In this document: in pieces, positions 40,850 to 52,355 of the stretch
Layout: every line of letters starts with the position of its first letter
Position numbering within the stretch: position 1 is the first letter of the stretch
NCBI GenBank assembly: GCA_963847185.1
Contig: CAWJYV010000008.1
Location: forward strand, 960,001 to 1,024,000
Direction of reading: 5' to 3'
DNA length: 64,000 nucleotides
From: an uncultured Methanosarcinaceae archaeon
Lineage (GTDB): Archaea > Halobacteriota > Methanosarcinia > Methanosarcinales > Methanosarcinaceae
The notes under the pieces: generated by a model
Told to the model about the DNA's origin: nothing
Databases searched by the model: none
Seen by the model: the letters and a program-made list of their open reading frames with translations, nothing else
Made by a program: the position numbers and the translations under genes

Positions 40850-43144
40850 TTGACTGAAGGGGACAAGACCACGATAAAATTGAAGGTTGCAGAAGCTGAT
40901 CTGCGGGATGTTGGAAAGGGGATCGTCCGGATAGATGAAAGTTTCAGGCAAAAGCTGGGCTTAAAGCCTTTTGACGTCGTGGAAATCACGGGAGGAAAAG
41001 TAACTTCAGCTCTCATAGGGCGGCCTTATCCGAGCGATGAAGGTCTTGATATTATTCGTATGGACGGGCTTATCCGAACAAATTCAAAGACCAGTATAGG
41101 GGAATATGTGGAAATTCGTAAAGCAGAATGGAAAGAAGCAAAAAATGTGACTTTAGCTCCTGTCACAAAAGGTATGCAGATCTACGCTCCAAGTGAGATT
41201 CTTCAATCTGTCTTCATGAATCGGACCGTTTCGAAAGGGGATTTTATCTCCACCACCAGCTTAAGAAAATCCAGGGATAGAGATACTTACAGTAAAGGAC
41301 TCATGTTCGATGACTTTTTTCAGGACTTTCTCGGGCAGGGTTTAGGCCCTTCCTTCGGACTTGGAGAAATTAAGCTGCAGGTTGTTTCTACTTCACCTGC
41401 CGGAATCGTCAAGATTACGGACATGACCGAAATCGAACTCCTTCCTGAAGCCGTGCAGATTGTCCCTGAACAAAGTATTCCTACTGTTATGTATGAAGAT
41501 CTGGGCGGGCTCAAGGATGCAATTACAAAGGTCAGGGAAATGATAGAACTTCCTCTGAAACACCCTGAGCTTTTTGATAGGTTAGGGATCGATGCCCCAA
41601 AGGGGGTTTTACTCCACGGCCCTCCCGGAACGGGTAAAACCATGCTTGCAAGGGCGGTTGCAAATGAATCAGATGCTTACTTTATTTCCATCAACGGTCC
41701 TGAAATAATGTCTAAATATTATGGGGAATCCGAAAAGGCGATTCGTGACGTCTTTGATGAGGCCGAAAAGAATGCCCCTGCAATTATCTTTCTGGATGAA
41801 ATTGATTCCATTGCCCCAAAAAGAGCTGAAGTTACAGGGGAAGTAGAGAGAAGAGTGGTCGCCCAGTTACTTTCTCTGATGGACGGCCTGAAAAGCCGCA
41901 AGAACGTTATTGTCATAGGTGCAACAAACCGCCCCGAAGCCCTGGATCTGGCACTGCGCCGTCCTGGCAGGTTTGATCGAGAAATCGAACTCCGGGTTCC
42001 TGACTCCGAAGGCAGGCTTGAAATTTTCCAGATCCACACAAGAGGGATGCCCCTTACAGACAATGTGAGCCTGAGAGACCTCGCCCAGGTTACATATGGG
42101 TTTGTGGGCGCTGATATTGCTGCACTCTGCAGGGAGGCCGCTATGAGTGCTCTTCGCCGGATACTCCCCAAAATAAATCTCAAAGAACCTCAGATTCCAA
42201 AAGAAATTCTGGATTCTCTGCAAGTTACAGGAGAGGATTTCCAGGAGGCCATGAAAGAAGTCCAGCCCTCAGCCATCCGGGAAATCCTTATTGAGGTTCC
42301 CGATGTGAGCTGGGATGATGTGGGAGGTCTGGAAGGTGTAAAGAGTCTTTTAAAAGAAGTTGTGGAATGGCCGCTTAAAAATCCTGAGTCTTACCGTGAC
42401 ATAGGGGTAGAAGCTCCAAAGGGTGTGCTTCTATATGGTCCCCCTGGTACTGGAAAGACGCTTCTTGCAAAAGCTATTGCTCATGAATCCGACGCCAACT
42501 TTATCACAGCCAAAGGAAGTGATCTTCTCTCCAAATGGTATGGTGAATCCGAAAAGAGAATTTCTGAGGTATTCATGCGGGCAAGACAGGTTGCCCCTTC
42601 TATTGTTTTTCTGGACGAACTTGACTCTCTTGCCCCCATCCGTGGAGTCTCCGCAGGGGAACCTCAGGTTACGGCAAGAATTCTTAATCAGTTACTCTCA
42701 GAAATGGATGGGCTCGAAGAACTTCGGGGAGTTGTGGTAATCGGCGCAACCAACCGTCCTGATATTATTGACCCTGCTCTCATTCGTCCAGGGCGTTTTG
42801 ATGAGCTTATTCTTGTCCCGGTTCCGGATGAAGGTGCCCGAAAAGAAATATTCAATGTTCATACAAAGAATATGGCACTGGCAGAAGATGTTGATATTGA
42901 ATCTCTTATTGCCCTGACTGATAAATATACAGGTGCGGATATTGCAGACATATGCAAAAAGGCAGGCAGATATGCCCTTCGTGAGGACCTTCACGCAAAA
43001 GAAATCAGGCAAAGGCATTTTCTTAAAGCAATCTCAGAATCAGGTCCATCAGTTACCCCTGATACCATGAAATATTATGAAGCGATAAGAGGAGAGTTAA
43101 GAACCAGAAAATCAAAGGAAATTGAAAATCCTTCTTATATCTAA
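40850..43144 (+). CDS. cdc48: CDC48/VAT family AAA ATPase
   Basis: N-domain plus two AAA modules (GPPGTGKT twice; ALRRPGRFD and ALIRPGRFD). Confidence 0.96.
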   Translation: MTEGDKTTIKLKVAEADLRDVGKGIVRIDESFRQKLGLKPFDVVEITGGKVTSALIGRPYPSDEGLDIIRMDGLIRTNSKTSIGEYVEIRKAEWKEAKNVTLAPVTKGMQIYAPSEILQSVFMNRTVSKGDFISTTSLRKSRDRDTYSKGLMFDDFFQDFLGQGLGPSFGLGEIKLQVVSTSPAGIVKITDMTEIELLPEAVQIVPEQSIPTVMYEDLGGLKDAITKVREMIELPLKHPELFDRLGIDAPKGVLLHGPPGTGKTMLARAVANESDAYFISINGPEIMSKYYGESEKAIRDVFDEAEKNAPAIIFLDEIDSIAPKRAEVTGEVERRVVAQLLSLMDGLKSRKNVIVIGATNRPEALDLALRRPGRFDREIELRVPDSEGRLEIFQIHTRGMPLTDNVSLRDLAQVTYGFVGADIAALCREAAMSALRRILPKINLKEPQIPKEILDSLQVTGEDFQEAMKEVQPSAIREILIEVPDVSWDDVGGLEGVKSLLKEVVEWPLKNPESYRDIGVEAPKGVLLYGPPGTGKTLLAKAIAHESDANFITAKGSDLLSKWYGESEKRISEVFMRARQVAPSIVFLDELDSLAPIRGVSAGEPQVTARILNQLLSEMDGLEELRGVVVIGATNRPDIIDPALIRPGRFDELILVPVPDEGARKEIFNVHTKNMALAEDVDIESLIALTDKYTGADIADICKKAGRYALREDLHAKEIRQRHFLKAISESGPSVTPDTMKYYEAIRGELRTRKSKEIENPSYI

Positions 43145-43474
43145 GTAAGAATTAATTTAATTTTTGTTATTTCTTTTCTTATTATTTTTATTATCTCTTT
43201 ACTATTATTTTCATATTCTTTATTCTCTTTTTTGATAATTTTTCAATTATTTTTCTTCTCCTTTATATATTCTTATATTTTTTTTTAATATTGTAATTTC
43301 TCTAGTGGGACTTTTAAGTTGACCTTCTTTTTGAATTTTAATCCTTCTTATTCATTTTCCTTTTAGAGTACCTTCAGGCATCGATTATCGTGCCTCGAAA
43401 ATCATTTGTATATATACTCTTTTTATTATGTTAACCAATGATATTAAATACCATAATTACTATCGGTAATATGT

Positions 43475-44038
43475 ATGCAGCTTCCAACACCCGAATATCT
43501 TAAAAAAAGAAGGAATGAGCTAGGACTAACCCAGAGCGACCTAGCTAAAAGGGCAGGAGTAAGCCAGCCCCTTATAGCTCGTATAGAATCGGGAGATGTG
43601 GACCCCAGACTTTCAACAGTAAAAAAAATTATTGATGCTTTTGGGGAAGTTGAAAAGGAACAGCAGATAATTATAAAGGACCTTATGCATTCTCCGGTCA
43701 TTCACGTTTCTCCAGATGACTCAGTGGAGGAAGTAGTAAATCTTATGCGTGTTCATGGTTTTTCACAAATTCCTGTACTTGATAGGGGCGTTCCGGTTGG
43801 AAGTATTTCTGAAGACATGATTGTAAAGCTAATGGGCGAAAATAAGAAAAAGTCAATTTCACAGTTGAAAGTTTCCGGGATAATGGGAGAAGCCTTTCCA
43901 ACGGTATCTCCAGGCATTTCCATCTCAGTAGTCTCACATATGCTGGAAGGAAATCCTGCCGTGCTGGTGATGGAAAAAGGAACAGTTATTGGAGTCGTTA
44001 CAAAACACGACGTAATGAAACTGCTCCATGGCCAATAA
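43475..44038 (+). CDS. XRE-HTH plus CBS-pair transcriptional regulator (COG3620)
   Basis: LGLTQSDLAKRAGVSQPLIARIESGDVDPRLST followed by two CBS domains. Confidence 0.92.
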   Translation: MQLPTPEYLKKRRNELGLTQSDLAKRAGVSQPLIARIESGDVDPRLSTVKKIIDAFGEVEKEQQIIIKDLMHSPVIHVSPDDSVEEVVNLMRVHGFSQIPVLDRGVPVGSISEDMIVKLMGENKKKSISQLKVSGIMGEAFPTVSPGISISVVSHMLEGNPAVLVMEKGTVIGVVTKHDVMKLLHGQ

Positions 44039-44388
44039 CAGGAATCTTTTTCCCAACAGACTGCTTCTTAAGACCAATATGGAAAGCACATCAATTATAT
44101 AGTAGGATTCAATTAAACCTGAAACTAAAATTTGATCAATTCCCTTAATATATTCAAAGTAACTGAAGTTTAAAATGTTTAACGATATCAGGGCAATAAA
44201 TAATATTTGGAGCCTTTAATACATTATACCCAGGCGATTCGATCTGTAATCCAGTAATGTATATAATGATAAAACTTAAATTATTCTTCTATGTCATCTC
44301 AAAATTACTACATTTACTACATTTATTACCTTTGTATAATAACAGCGAAAACGATTAAATCTTTGAAAAAATTCGGAGCATAATAAAT

Positions 44389-45540
44389 ATGGATCTGGAA
44401 GATACCCTTCTAATGATGCCTGGTCCCGTACCTGTTGCACCTAGAGTCCTTAGAGCGATGTCAAAACCGATGATTAATCACCGGAGTGCGGAATTCGCCG
44501 GAATTTACAGTGATTGCAGGGCAATTCTTGCTGACGTTTTCCAGACAAAGAACGACATCTTTGTACTCAGTGGCTCTGGAACTTCAGGAATGGAAGCTGC
44601 CGTAGGGTCTGTGGCTGGACCTGGAGACAAAGTCATTGCCATAGAAAATGGAAAGTTTGGAGAACGTTTTAAAGACATCGCAGCTCTTTACGCAGAAGTT
44701 GTGCCTGTTGTATTCGAATGGGGCCTTCCTGTAGATCTTGAACTTGTCAAGGAGAAGCTTGAAGAAGGGGCTAAGGCCATCACCCTTGTCCACAATGAAA
44801 CCTCAGCAGGTATTCTTAACCCCGCTGCAGAAATAGGTAAACTTGCCAAAAAGCATGATGCTCTCTTTATTATGGACGGCGTGACATCCCTTGGGGGAGA
44901 TGAAGTTAAAGTCGACGAGTGGGGAGTTGACATTGCAGTCGTAGGTTCACAGAAGTGTCTTGCTGCCCCTCCTGGGCTTGCATGCGTTTCAGTAAGTGAA
45001 AAAGCTTTTGAGGCTATTAATAGCATGAAGAAAAGGCCTTACTACAATGACCTCAAGGCGTACAAAAAGAGCGGAGATAAGCCCAAGCCAGAAACTCCAT
45101 ATACACCTGCGATTCCTCTCTTCTACGCACTTCAGGAAGCCCTGCATATTGTAAAAGAAGAGGGAATGGAAGCAAGAATTAAAAGACACAGAGTTCTTAC
45201 AGAAGCAGTAAGAGCTGCAGTTGCCGAAATGAACATCGAGATGTTTCCACAGCTCAACGAATACAGCAATTACTCCAATACAATCTCTGCCATGAAATCT
45301 CCTGCGAGCGTTGATGGGGAAGATATAAAGAATGACATGAAAAAACGTGGCATAATAATTGCAGAAGGGCAGGAGCGTCTTAAAGGTAAGATTTTCAGAA
45401 TTGGGTGCATGGGTATAGTTTCTGCAAGGGATGTGCTCTCAACAGTCCAGCAGCTGGAAATCGTTCTGAACAAACGTGGTTACCTTGACAGCGTGGGAGC
45501 AGGTACAGAGGCTGCAGTTCGGGTTATTGACAAGCTTTAA
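44389..45540 (+). CDS. Class V PLP aminotransferase (serine-pyruvate / archaeal phosphoserine aminotransferase-like)
   Basis: MMPGPVPV, VHNETSAG and GSQKCLAAPPG motifs. Confidence 0.9.
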   Translation: MDLEDTLLMMPGPVPVAPRVLRAMSKPMINHRSAEFAGIYSDCRAILADVFQTKNDIFVLSGSGTSGMEAAVGSVAGPGDKVIAIENGKFGERFKDIAALYAEVVPVVFEWGLPVDLELVKEKLEEGAKAITLVHNETSAGILNPAAEIGKLAKKHDALFIMDGVTSLGGDEVKVDEWGVDIAVVGSQKCLAAPPGLACVSVSEKAFEAINSMKKRPYYNDLKAYKKSGDKPKPETPYTPAIPLFYALQEALHIVKEEGMEARIKRHRVLTEAVRAAVAEMNIEMFPQLNEYSNYSNTISAMKSPASVDGEDIKNDMKKRGIIIAEGQERLKGKIFRIGCMGIVSARDVLSTVQQLEIVLNKRGYLDSVGAGTEAAVRVIDKL

Positions 45541-45582
45541 AGATATGTAACTGGAGCCTGTAAATTTTGAGGGCTACTCTGA

Positions 45583-46080
<498 letters not shown>

Positions 46081-46121
46081 AGTAACTTATAGTAAAAAAC
46101 AATGACTGGAGACCTTATTAG

Positions 46122-46526
46122 ATGACTATCAGCCTAGGATTTGTTGTAGCTGAATTTAACAGGGATCTGACCTATCAGATGGAACTGCTTGGAAGAGAAC
46201 ACGCAGAGTTCCTGGGGGCAACAGTTAAGGAGACTATTCTTGTTCCAGGGGTCTTTGACATGCCCCTTGCAATCAAGAAGCTTTGCCAGAGAGATGATAT
46301 CGACGCTGTTGTTACAATCGGGTCGGTAATCGAGGGTGAGACTGATCATGATCAGATTGTTATGCAGCATGCTGCAAGAAAAATCATGGATCTTTCCCTC
46401 GAGTTCAATAAACCTGTAACTCTCGGGATTCCCGGCCCGGGTATGACCCGGATGGCTGCTCATGAACGCGTGGACTATGCTAAAAGGGCAGTTGAAGCTG
46501 CAGTAAAGCTTGTCCGGCGGCTGTAA
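46122..46526 (+). CDS. ribH: 6,7-dimethyl-8-ribityllumazine synthase
   Basis: [14 protein letters not shown] and VIEGETDHD motifs. Confidence 0.95.
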   Translation: MTISLGFVVAEFNRDLTYQMELLGREHAEFLGATVKETILVPGVFDMPLAIKKLCQRDDIDAVVTIGSVIEGETDHDQIVMQHAARKIMDLSLEFNKPVTLGIPGPGMTRMAAHERVDYAKRAVEAAVKLVRRL

Positions 46527-46573
46527 ATTCTTTAAACTAATCTAATACAACGTAACAGACCAGGACCATCCAT

Positions 46574-47716
46574 ATGACATCCGCAAGGCTCAAGCGTGTA
46601 GAAGAATCCGCAACGATCAGGATCTCCAACATTGCGACCAGAATGATTAAAGAGGGTAAAGACGTTATTAATTTCAGCCTTGGAGAACCTGACTTCAATA
46701 CCCCTAAAAATATCTGCGATGCTGCGGCAAAGGCTATGTATGAAGGAAAAACCCACTATGCTCCCTCAGCCGGTATCCCTGAACTACGGGCAGCTATTGC
46801 CGAAAAATTAAGGACGGAAAATAATCTGGATGTGACCGAGGCAAATGTACTGGTTACTCCGGGTGCAAAGCAGGGAATTTTTGAGGTAATGATGGGTGTT
46901 CTAGGTGACGGAGACCAGGCTCTTCTCTTTGACCCTGCCTGGGTAACTTATGACGCATGCATCCGGTTTGCAGGTGCAGATACTGTCTGGGTTCCAACAG
47001 TCCCTGAGAAAGGTTTTCTTCCTGACAATTTTGCAGATTACATAAATGATAAAACCAGGCTCATTGTTGTAAATAGTCCAGGAAATCCAACTGGTGGGGT
47101 TTTCGGGAAAAAGACTTTGAAGTGTATTGCCGACCTTGCAATCGATCACGATCTTATAGTAGTCTCAGATGAAATCTATGAGAAAATCATCTATGATAGG
47201 GAGCATATCAGCATCGGCAGTTTTGAAGGTATGCAGGAAAGAACTGTTACTGTAAACGGTTTTTCCAAAGCATATGCAATGACAGGCTGGAGACTTGGAT
47301 ACCTGACTGCTCCTCCTGATATTTTTAAGCTCTTGCAGAAGATTCAGTCTCATTCGGTTAGCAGTGCAACTACTTTTGTTCAGTACGGTGGGCTTGAAGC
47401 TCTTCAGGGTCCCCAGGATGGAGTTAAAGCAATGGTGGACCGGTTCAAAGTTCGCAGAGATGTTCTTATCGACGGCCTGAACAAGATAGGTTTTGAGTGT
47501 AAAAAGCCGGACGGAGCTTTTTATGCATTTGCCGATGTAAGCGAATATGGTAATGGAACAGATGTTGCAGAAAGGCTTTTGAAAGAAGCCCAGGTTGCGG
47601 TCACCCCTGGAATTGCTTTTGGGGAATCAGGAGATAATTTTATCCGGATTTCATATGCAACATCCATTGATCGGATCAGGGAAGCTCTCGAAAGGCTTGA
47701 AAAAATATTTTCCTAA
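46574..47716 (+). CDS. aspC: Class I/II PLP aminotransferase (aspartate aminotransferase-like)
   Basis: GEPDF, NSPGNPTG, SDEIY and NGFSKAYAMTGWRLGY motifs. Confidence 0.88.
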   Translation: MTSARLKRVEESATIRISNIATRMIKEGKDVINFSLGEPDFNTPKNICDAAAKAMYEGKTHYAPSAGIPELRAAIAEKLRTENNLDVTEANVLVTPGAKQGIFEVMMGVLGDGDQALLFDPAWVTYDACIRFAGADTVWVPTVPEKGFLPDNFADYINDKTRLIVVNSPGNPTGGVFGKKTLKCIADLAIDHDLIVVSDEIYEKIIYDREHISIGSFEGMQERTVTVNGFSKAYAMTGWRLGYLTAPPDIFKLLQKIQSHSVSSATTFVQYGGLEALQGPQDGVKAMVDRFKVRRDVLIDGLNKIGFECKKPDGAFYAFADVSEYGNGTDVAERLLKEAQVAVTPGIAFGESGDNFIRISYATSIDRIREALERLEKIFS

Positions 47717-47796
47717 AACCAACTACAACAGGCAACATTTTTAACAAGAACCCAGAAAAACAGTTATCCTTTAAAATTGCAAACGGTAGGGTGTAA

Positions 47797-48216
47797 TTAC
47801 CCATACCGTTTAAGGATCTCTTTTATGATTGCGCCGGTACTGCAAAGTGGGCATTTCTTTGAAAGAGGAATCCTGACCACGTTTGCAGGAAGACCTCTTT
47901 TACTGAGTTCTTTTTCCAGAAAATCAATATCAAAGTGCTGGTCATAACCCAGAGTAATAATATCCGGCCTGATCTGTTTCAGGGGTTCGAACATATCTTT
48001 TTCGCTGCCAAGCAGAGCTTTATCGACCATTCCAAGTGCATTCACCATTTCCAGCCGCTGTTCCTCGGGTACTATAGGTTTTGGCTTGTGAGTTATGTTT
48101 GAATCCCTGGCAACAATGACGAAAAGTTCGTCTCCCAGGGCCCGTGCCTGGGTCAGAAAATATACATGCCCTGGATGGAGAAGGTCAAAAGTCCCTGTAG
48201 CAAGTACACGTGTCAA
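47797..48216 (-). CDS. ribL: Archaeal FAD synthetase
   Basis: ATGTFDLLHPGH (HxGH), LGYDQ and C-terminal CPLCSTG; next to rib genes. Confidence 0.9.
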   Translation of the reverse strand: MTRVLATGTFDLLHPGHVYFLTQARALGDELFVIVARDSNITHKPKPIVPEEQRLEMVNALGMVDKALLGSEKDMFEPLKQIRPDIITLGYDQHFDIDFLEKELSKRGLPANVVRIPLSKKCPLCSTGAIIKEILKRYG

Positions 48217-48577
48217 CAGATCACCTGGTCTCGGGTAATACCCTGCAAGAATAAGAAACTTACTGAAAACACCCCTCTATTTCCTCATCAGAATTTTATA
48301 TTGTTTAGATTGTATTTCCTGTGAACTGTTACTATTTCTGTACAGCTAATCTGTTAAAAGGAGAAAATCTCGATTATCGCAAGTAATATATATAGCTCGC
48401 AAATATGACTATTGTTCATCGAATTCAAGATGTTGACGTAAAAGTTTGAAATAGATCAATTTCGGAAGCAGCCTTTCACTCCTATCAGAGAAGCTGTTAC
48501 CTTTAGCATTATCACAAGTAATATATAATTCTGATAAATATTACCATTTAGATAAATTTACAAAAAGAGGAAACCCA

Positions 48578-50080
48578 ATGGTTAAAAAATCGGTTCATGA
48601 GATCAATAGAAAAATTGAAGATGGTAGCGTCAATGTAGTCACAGCGGAGGAAATGGTAGGAATTGTTGAAGAACTTGGTGTGGAGGGCGCTGCAAAAGAA
48701 GTGGATGTGGTTACTACAGGCACATTTGGAGCAATGTGTTCCTCCGGTTTGATGCTTAATCTTGGACATTCGGAGCCTCCTATTAAAATTCAGAAGTTAT
48801 GGTTCAACAATGTGGAAGCATACGGCGGAGTTGCAGCTGTGGATGCTTACCTTGGGGCTGCCCAGATTTCGGATACAAGGGGAATTCAGTATGGTGGGGC
48901 TCATGTTATTGAAGATCTGCTCAGGGGAAAAGAAATTGATGTTCATGCAACATCATATGGGACGGACTGTTATCCCAGAAAAGTACTTGATACTACAATT
49001 ACTCTTGAAGACCTAAATGAAGCAGTTCTTTTGAATCCCAGGAACGCTTACCAGAAATATAACGCTGCTACCAATAGTTCCAAGAGAATTTTAAATACAT
49101 ATATGGGTGAGCTTCTTCCCAATTTCGGAAACATAACCTACTCCGGAGCAGGAGTGCTCTCTCCCCTTTCAAACGATCCTTCTTACGAAACTATCGGTAC
49201 CGGAACGAGGATTTTCCTTGGGGGAGCACAGGGATACGTTATAGGAAACGGAACCCAGCATTCTCCTTCTTCCGGTTTTGGCACCCTGATGCTCAAGGGA
49301 AACCTGAAGGATATGAGTCCTGATTATTTAAGGGCTGCTTCTTTTACAGGATACGGGACTACCCTTTACATGGGAGTTGGAATTCCTATTCCTATTCTCA
49401 ATGAGAAAATTGCAGCTTCAACTGCAGTGCGTGATGAGGATATTACAACAAAAATTCTGGATTATGCCGTGGGCAGCAGGGATAAACCAGTCATCAGATC
49501 CGTAAATTATGCAGAACTCAAATCAGGTCTGGTGCAAATTGATGGAAAGGACGTACCTACTTCTTCTCTCTCCAGCTTCAAGAATGCAAAGAAAATCGCC
49601 AATGAACTGAAGGAATGGGTAAAGTACGGGAAATTCTTTGTCAGCATGCCTGTAGAGAGACTTCAGGGCGAAGGTCTGGCCAAACCCATGAAGCAGACTC
49701 AAGCTGTGCCGCTTGTAAAGGATGTGATGTCCGATTTTATTGTAACTATTAAAAAAGACCAGACCATTCAGGAAGCTGCAAAGAAAATCTGGGAAAACTC
49801 TTTTAACCATCTGGCTGTAATTTCCGATACTGGAGAGCTGGTTGGGATCCTGACAGCCTGGGATATCTCCAAAGCTGTTGCAGAAAATATTTTTGATTCA
49901 GTTGAAAGCGTTATGACAAAAAAGGTACTGACCTGCGCTCCAAACGAACCGGTTGATCTTGCAGCCCGCAGACTGGACCGCTACGGAGTATCTGCCATGC
50001 CGGTAATCGATCCTCAGAGACGGGTTCTCGGAATAATAACAAGTGATAATATAAGCAAACTCTTTGCAAGGAGGTACTGA
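48578..50080 (+). CDS. L-aspartate semialdehyde sulfurtransferase (DUF39 plus CBS; MA1821-type homocysteine biosynthesis)
   Basis: VDVVTTGTFGAMCSSG motif and C-terminal CBS pair; followed by a NIL-ferredoxin. Confidence 0.92.
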   Translation: MVKKSVHEINRKIEDGSVNVVTAEEMVGIVEELGVEGAAKEVDVVTTGTFGAMCSSGLMLNLGHSEPPIKIQKLWFNNVEAYGGVAAVDAYLGAAQISDTRGIQYGGAHVIEDLLRGKEIDVHATSYGTDCYPRKVLDTTITLEDLNEAVLLNPRNAYQKYNAATNSSKRILNTYMGELLPNFGNITYSGAGVLSPLSNDPSYETIGTGTRIFLGGAQGYVIGNGTQHSPSSGFGTLMLKGNLKDMSPDYLRAASFTGYGTTLYMGVGIPIPILNEKIAASTAVRDEDITTKILDYAVGSRDKPVIRSVNYAELKSGLVQIDGKDVPTSSLSSFKNAKKIANELKEWVKYGKFFVSMPVERLQGEGLAKPMKQTQAVPLVKDVMSDFIVTIKKDQTIQEAAKKIWENSFNHLAVISDTGELVGILTAWDISKAVAENIFDSVESVMTKKVLTCAPNEPVDLAARRLDRYGVSAMPVIDPQRRVLGIITSDNISKLFARRY

Positions 50081-50082
50081 AC

Positions 50083-50469
50083 ATGAAAATAAAAATCAGC
50101 ATTCCTACAGAGAGGATCCAGAACCCGATAATATCCGAGTCTATAGTCGAAACCGGAATCCTGATTAATATAATGGTCGCAAATATAGACTCGACCTACG
50201 GCGAATTGATTGCAGACGTAAACGATTGCAAGTTCGATAAGATTAAAAATGCTCTGGAATCCAGGGGAGCAATAGTTTCTATTCTGGACAGACCCATTCA
50301 CAGGGACGAAGAAGAGTGTGTTGAGTGTGGGGCCTGTATTTCGGTTTGTCCAATGAATGTTTATTCTTTTGACGAAACCTGGAGTGTCCATGTGGATGAA
50401 AAGAAGTGTATTCAATGTGGCATGTGCATAAAGATGTGTCCCCATGGAGCTTTGAAACTGGGAGAATGA
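50083..50469 (+). CDS. NIL domain plus 2x[4Fe-4S] ferredoxin (MA1822-type)
   Basis: CVECGACISVCP and CIQCGMCIKMCP clusters; N-terminal NIL domain. Confidence 0.92.
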   Translation: MKIKISIPTERIQNPIISESIVETGILINIMVANIDSTYGELIADVNDCKFDKIKNALESRGAIVSILDRPIHRDEEECVECGACISVCPMNVYSFDETWSVHVDEKKCIQCGMCIKMCPHGALKLGE

Positions 50470-50612
50470 AGAGAGAAAAATTGTGATATAAACTCAATAA
50501 TTCCTCTAGTGACTGTGAGTGAGTATTTTAGAGAAAACTCCTGCCCTTTTACTTCAAAAAAGAAAAAATTAAAGGAAAGCGCTTTATGAAAATAAAGCGT
50601 TATTCCTACTTT

Positions 50613-51836
50613 TTATTCCGTAGTAACTCCGTCAAATTCTGCTGGATTCGCTTCAGCTTCTGCTTTTGTGGCTCTCACTATGCAATCCTTATGGACAGGT
50701 GGTGAATAAACCGTATAGAGTTTAAGAGAATCAGTTTTCGAAGTACAGATGACGTTGTGCTCGGCTCCAGCCGGTATTATTACTGCAGATCCTTTATTTA
50801 TTTTATATTCATTTCCGTTAATTATACACTTTCCCTGCCCTTCTTCAAAACGTAAAAACTGGTCATTTTCCTTATGCATTTCCATTCCTATTTCTTCTCT
50901 AGGCTTGAGGCTCATAAGTACTAGCTGGTTGTGCTTTGCAGTGTAGAGTACCTTTCGGAAATTGTTATTTTCCAAAGTTGCTTTTTCTATATCAACACAA
51001 TATCCTTTCACTTTCTTTTCTGTTTTTTCTTTCTCTTCGTTCACTTCTTTCTCTTCGTTCACTTCTTTCTCTTCGTTCACTTCTTTCTTCTCCTCTTCTT
51101 CGTTCACTTCTTTCTCTTCGTTCACTTCTTTCTCTTCGTTCACTTCTTTCTCTTCGTTCACTTCTTTCTCTTCGTTCACTTCTTTCTCTTCGTTCACTTC
51201 TTTCTCTTCGTTCACTTCTTCCTTTTCTTTTGTCTTCTTTCCAGCTATATTGAATATCTCTTTAGCACCTACTGCCGTTGTTGTTACCGGCAGTAATTCC
51301 GTAGTCACTCCGTCAAACTCTGCTGGATTCGCCTCAGCTTCTGCTTTTGTGGCACGCACTATGCAATCCTTGTGAACAGGCGGTGAATAAACCGTATAGA
51401 GTTTAAGAGAATCAGTTTTCGAAGTACAGATGATGTTGTGCTGAGCACCGGCTGGTATTATCACCGCAGATCCTTTATATACTTCATATTCATTTCCATT
51501 AATTATGCACTTTCCCTGCCCTTCTTCAAAACGTAAAAACTGGTCATTTTCCTTATGTATTTCCATTCCTATTTCTTCCCCAGGCTTGAGGCTCATAAGT
51601 ACTAGCTGGCTGTGCTTTGCAGTATAGAGCACCTTTCGGAAATTGTCGTTTTCCAAAGTGGCTTTTTCGATGTCAATAGAATATCCTTTCACTTTCTTTT
51701 CTTCCTTAGTTACCTTCTCTCCAGCTTTATTAGGCGATTCTTTAGCACTTACTGCCGCTGCTGTCAATGACAATAAAAAACAAATTGCCAGCAAAATACC
51801 CAGCGTCTTTTTTACTCTGCCAAATTGTATTTCCAT
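50613..51836 (-). CDS. Secreted tandem double-cupin protein with an EEKEVN repeat linker
   Basis: Signal peptide KKTLGILLAICFLLSLTAAAVSA; two near-identical cupin domains (HKENDQF...IPAGA.HN). Confidence 0.85.
   Translation of the reverse strand: MEIQFGRVKKTLGILLAICFLLSLTAAAVSAKESPNKAGEKVTKEEKKVKGYSIDIEKATLENDNFRKVLYTAKHSQLVLMSLKPGEEIGMEIHKENDQFLRFEEGQGKCIINGNEYEVYKGSAVIIPAGAQHNIICTSKTDSLKLYTVYSPPVHKDCIVRATKAEAEANPAEFDGVTTELLPVTTTAVGAKEIFNIAGKKTKEKEEVNEEKEVNEEKEVNEEKEVNEEKEVNEEKEVNEEKEVNEEEEKKEVNEEKEVNEEKEVNEEKEKTEKKVKGYCVDIEKATLENNNFRKVLYTAKHNQLVLMSLKPREEIGMEMHKENDQFLRFEEGQGKCIINGNEYKINKGSAVIIPAGAEHNVICTSKTDSLKLYTVYSPPVHKDCIVRATKAEAEANPAEFDGVTTE
51030..51220. repeat. 18-bp coding tandem repeat (about 10 units, EEKEVN)
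   Basis: TTCGTTCACTTCTTTCTC repeated, with one interrupted unit. Confidence 0.95.
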
Positions 51837-52355
51837 TTGTCCACATCCCCTGACATATCTAAATAATTCATACATATATGATTTTTAGACGATTTGATTT
51901 TTAATTTAGGTTATTGTTTTTTGTATCTACTTTCCATCGACGGATCCATTGTGAAAGTATCATTTTTCAGCTAGTATCTTAATTCAGTTCTGAAGACTAT
52001 AGTATCAGTGAATTTTATATTCATTTTATGCGCCGATGAAAATGATTCGTAATTGTATCACTAGATTATTATTCATAGGTAAATATAATACAAATAGAAA
52101 TAATAATTAGGATTTAAATACGCTAATTATATTTAACAAGTCTATCCAAAGCAATTTTTATTCCAATAAAGGATCGAACTCATATAGCTAAGACGAAAAA
52201 TTGTGGCATTTAAATTTACCATGCTTTATTTTTATACCTTGAGTGCATAAGTTCTATGGAATTAGAACGATACCTTAAGGTCAAAATCTATCGAATTCCA
52301 TCTTTCATTTTGGAACTGGGTCATTGGAAAGCAACTGTGTTTTATGGGGGAAATA

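Noticed and set aside
50931-51375. Plus-strand repetitive ORFs (FVHFFL, LSLRSL, FTSFSS)
   Set aside because: Antisense shadows of the EEKEVN repeat in the cupin gene
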